Source: Priapulus caudatus
Taxonomy: Eukaryota
Direction: 5' to 3'
DNA length: 39,599 nucleotides
Assembly (NCBI RefSeq): GCF_000485595.1
Contig: NW_014577077.1
Location: 289,355-328,953, forward strand
Shown here: positions 36,397-39,599 of the stretch, one piece after another
Layout: each line of letters opens with the position of its first letter
Numbering within the stretch: the stretch's first letter is position 1
The notes under the pieces: generated by a model
What the model saw: only the letters and a program-made list of their open reading frames with translations
What the model was told of the DNA's origin: nothing
Databases searched by the model: none
Translations under genes and position numbers: made by a program

Positions 36397-37676
36397 TCTA
36401 ATATATATTTGAGTTCGTATGTATGTATGTATCTTTCCTATAGGCGGCCAAACCGCCCAAGCGATCTGGATGCAATTTTCACAGGGCCATCTCTTATACC
36501 CGGGGAGTGTTCGTAGCTGAAAAAAACCTGCCAAACCGTCAAACTCACCGAAAAATCCGTGAAAAACCCCTCAATTCGTCAATCTTCACACATTGTCTGC
36601 ACTGACTGTACAGTGCTGCCACACACAGAAAAAATCGATCACTCATTCCATCAGCTGCTGGTATTGTGAAACCGAAACCGGTACTAAAACAGAGCACAAC
36701 CAGGAACCTGTTCAGAGGTTACGACTGCATTGTTTATCAAGAGGCTTTGAAATGAGAAGTGCAACCCATTCGTACATGCTGTTAGAATAACTTTTTCTTA
36801 TTTACACCATATTACTATTATGTTCCAGGGGTTCTACGTTGGGTTGTGCTGTCATATAAATGTCATACGTAACCGTTTTTTACCATGCTTATTATCTGAT
36901 TAGACTGATTTCTAAATATTTATAGAGATTCACTATAGTTTAGTATGAGTATCATATAGTTTGAGAGGTTACGATTGCTCAAAACATCAACGCATAAAGA
37001 CGCGTACCGTAAACATTCTTTTATAATTACAAATTTCCCCACTCGCTGGCCTGTCTGTATACATAATATCGACTTTTTTTATTCATGCTACGATTTCAGA
37101 ATCCATTGTACCATTCGAAAGCTATGCCTTTTCTGATTCAGTAGAAAAATTCCTTTATTTCAATGTGCATGGTCGCGCGCCAAGCATTCACTAGACAATA
37201 TCCAATGGACACAGACCCCACTCGCTGGCCTGTCTCTATCTATACTATATACCCAATTTCGTTTATTCATCCTACGATCTGACAATGGATAGCTGTACGT
37301 GGTGAGCTCAATAGTTCGAGACGCCAGCAATCTCTACATATTTCCACCAGACAATAACACGCAAACCATTGTTTATCAAGAGGTTTTCAAATGAAAACTG
37401 CAACCCATTCGTACATGCTGTTATAATAACTTTTTCTCATTTGCACCATATTACTATCATGTTCCAGGGGTTCTAAGTTGGGTTCTGCTGTCATATAAAT
37501 GTCATACGTAACAGTTTTTTCCCATGCTTATTATCTTATTAGACTGATTTGTAAATATTGATATTGTGTGCAATGTTATATTGTCGATTTTTACCCAATG
37601 TTCCTATTGTGTCCAATTATTAGTAGTATGAATTAGTAGCACGATTTTACCCAGCGCAGCGGGTACCCGCAGCTAG
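36397..37676 (+). mobile_element. ~1.28 kb non-autonomous Helitron
   Basis: A|TCTAATATATA start followed by (GTAT)n. 3' GC-rich stem/palindrome (taccc...gggta; gcgggtacccgc 37659-70) precedes CTAG|T. No TSD, with internal duplications. Confidence 0.7.
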
Positions 37677-37717
37677 TGCTATATATATCGACGTAAAAAT
37701 ATTGTAAAGATAATGAC

Positions 37718-38182
37718 CAGTGGCGTAGTTAGGGGGGGGGGGGGCAAAGGAGACCACGGCCCCCCCTGTTGACCCGAAAGTTTAAAAAAGAAAGAAAGAA
37801 GAATTGATCTACTAAAAAGAGAATTGTCGTAGTCAGAATGAAGGCTGTACATGTACTCAAAAGTGCCTCAAATACCATCTTCTGCGATCTACATTTTCAA
37901 AATTTTCTGGGGGAGGACCCCATACCCCCCGCTTGTCTTCCACCCCTCCACGTAAACCTGGATCCGCCACTGAACAGTTACATATCTAGGGAGCAGAGAA
38001 CCAGGAACACAAATGTCCCCTGTTTACATGGCGTCCAAAACAAAGATTGCAGTGGTGAGAGGCGCGGGAGCATTGGGCGTGGAGAGGGAAGCAGAGGAAC
38101 CATTCAAATAATAAGTCCTCCACTATTTTGCGCAGTTTGCTGTTTTTGGCCCCCCTGTTAATAAATCCTGGCTACGCCACTG
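37718..38182. mobile_element. 465-bp hAT MITE
   Basis: 11-bp perfect TIR CAGTGGCGTAG...CTACGCCACTG; perfect 8-bp TSD ATAATGAC (37710-17, 38183-90). Confidence 0.92.
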
Positions 38183-38524
38183 ATAATGACATATACTCGC
38201 TGCTACACGATTATCTTCTCACAAAGCCAACGATCATGGAATTCGGCTCCCAGCGACCGAGTGTCACGAATCCATCGTAAATTGAGTTTTCACTTTTACA
38301 CAATTCTCATAAACCTGAGCAAAACACAGTTACGCATGTAATCTTTGCGTTTGTGTTTGCCTACCTGTCTGTCAAACAATGACGTCATGAACATTCATTA
38401 CTCACTTTATCCTATGTTCAGTGAGAAACGAGCCGAACTAAAATGCATTGTACTGGGAGATATAACACCGCCACCTATAACCAGTGTAGAACATATAACG
38501 CACCGAGTGACATGCATGACTCCC

Positions 38525-38652
38525 GCGCGCGCGTGCGTGCGTGCGTGTGTGTGTGTATGTGTGTGTGTGTGTGTGTGTGTGTCTGTGTGTGTCTGTGTCT
38601 GTGTGTGTCTGTGTTTGTATGTGTGAGTGCGTGCGCGTGCGCGTGCGCGTGT
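38525..38652. repeat. (GT)n/(GCGT)n microsatellite
   Basis: Direct tandem repeats. Confidence 0.9.
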
Positions 38653-39257
38653 ACACTGTTTCCGCAATATTCACGCACCACTGACCTTAGTATGGAAGTG
38701 ATGTGAGGAGCAAAAAGGTTCTAGAAGTAGAAGCATAGTGCAAACAAACGCACTTCAAGTTCAAAGGAATCGCAAAACTGGCATACGATATCTACAAAAT
38801 AAACATCAATGTAAAATAGCAGTCTATACAGCATGGTTTGTAACATTTATCGGTGATAGATATGTGTTGACTTTCATGTCACCTATGAAGTGGTAGTTTT
38901 TGTTTGTGGTGGTGTGGCTATACACGGGGACAGTATACGTCACATAAAGAATAGCAGCAAGCTATGATTACCAAGTAAAGATAGCATTTAGCTCAACTGA
39001 GAGCGGTACACATTTAGGTATGTACTCAGTCATTTTCACACACATTACATCAGGCCTGAGTGTATAATGACAAGTAAAAGGAATAATATGTACAAATATG
39101 GCATATATGGTGATAAAAAAGGTACATTTAATATTATTCTCGGTGCCAGGTATTGTGCATACTTTATCGTGAATTCGTATATAGTCGCAAGAACATAGCA
39201 CATCACAAAACCTACATACTAATACAATGTACATATATAACAACAAATACAATGTCC

Positions 39258-39350
39258 TAATCACGTGATAATCACCATATGACGTGTGATAATCACGTCA
39301 CACGTCAGATGACGTGTGATAATCACGTGATAATCACGTGATAATCACCA
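39258..39350. repeat. 11-bp-based tandem array (TAATCACGTGA) rich in E-box/GATA/CRE-half motifs
   Basis: Contains 3 CACGTG, 5 GATAAT, 2 TGACGT and 2 ACGTCA in ~93 bp. Confidence 0.8.
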
Positions 39351-39599
39351 GAACAACAAAAATCGCTATAATAATATTAGGTAAATATATCATACACGGG
39401 ATACTGAAAATCTCAACATGAAAGTACATATATGTAAGACATAATTTTGAAAGTCGTTAACATTGCATGTGTTGTACTGGGGTTTTAGGTGATGACTTCG
39501 GGTACTCGTAGTTCGACAGCGTAGAAGTGGCAGCGTTGATAGCAGAGATAACCAGTAGACGTAGACGTAGTCACAGATTAGTTGTTTCACATGGACTTT

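Overview
This is eukaryotic, most likely invertebrate animal, genomic DNA: it has GT-AG introns, (GCGT)n/(AT)n/(GAT)n microsatellites, TTAGGG tracts and two 10-N gaps. There is no operon, CRISPR array, rRNA or tRNA, and nearly all short ORFs in the track look spurious. One minus-strand protein-coding gene is supported. It has a ~3.2 kb coding exon (27923->24750) encoding a ~1058-aa low-complexity, motif-rich region, followed by an in-phase 94-bp exon (24363->24270); I cannot name the gene. The rest is intronic or intergenic and dense with short non-autonomous DNA transposons whose ends and target-site duplications (TSDs) are readable: TcMar-like, Kolobok-like, hAT-like, PIF/Harbinger-like, P/Galileo-like foldbacks, two MULE-like MITEs carrying telomeric repeats, and Helitrons. 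Highlights are (1) a 17+17 bp palindrome resembling a P-superfamily excision footprint inside a telomeric tract, (2) two unrelated MITEs with 9-bp TSDs and TTAGGG cargo on either side of the coding exons, and (3) a gap-spanning duplicate showing filled and empty alleles of a nested MITE insertion. I found no convincing new multi-gene system. Superfamily labels come only from terminal and TSD rules, not database searches.
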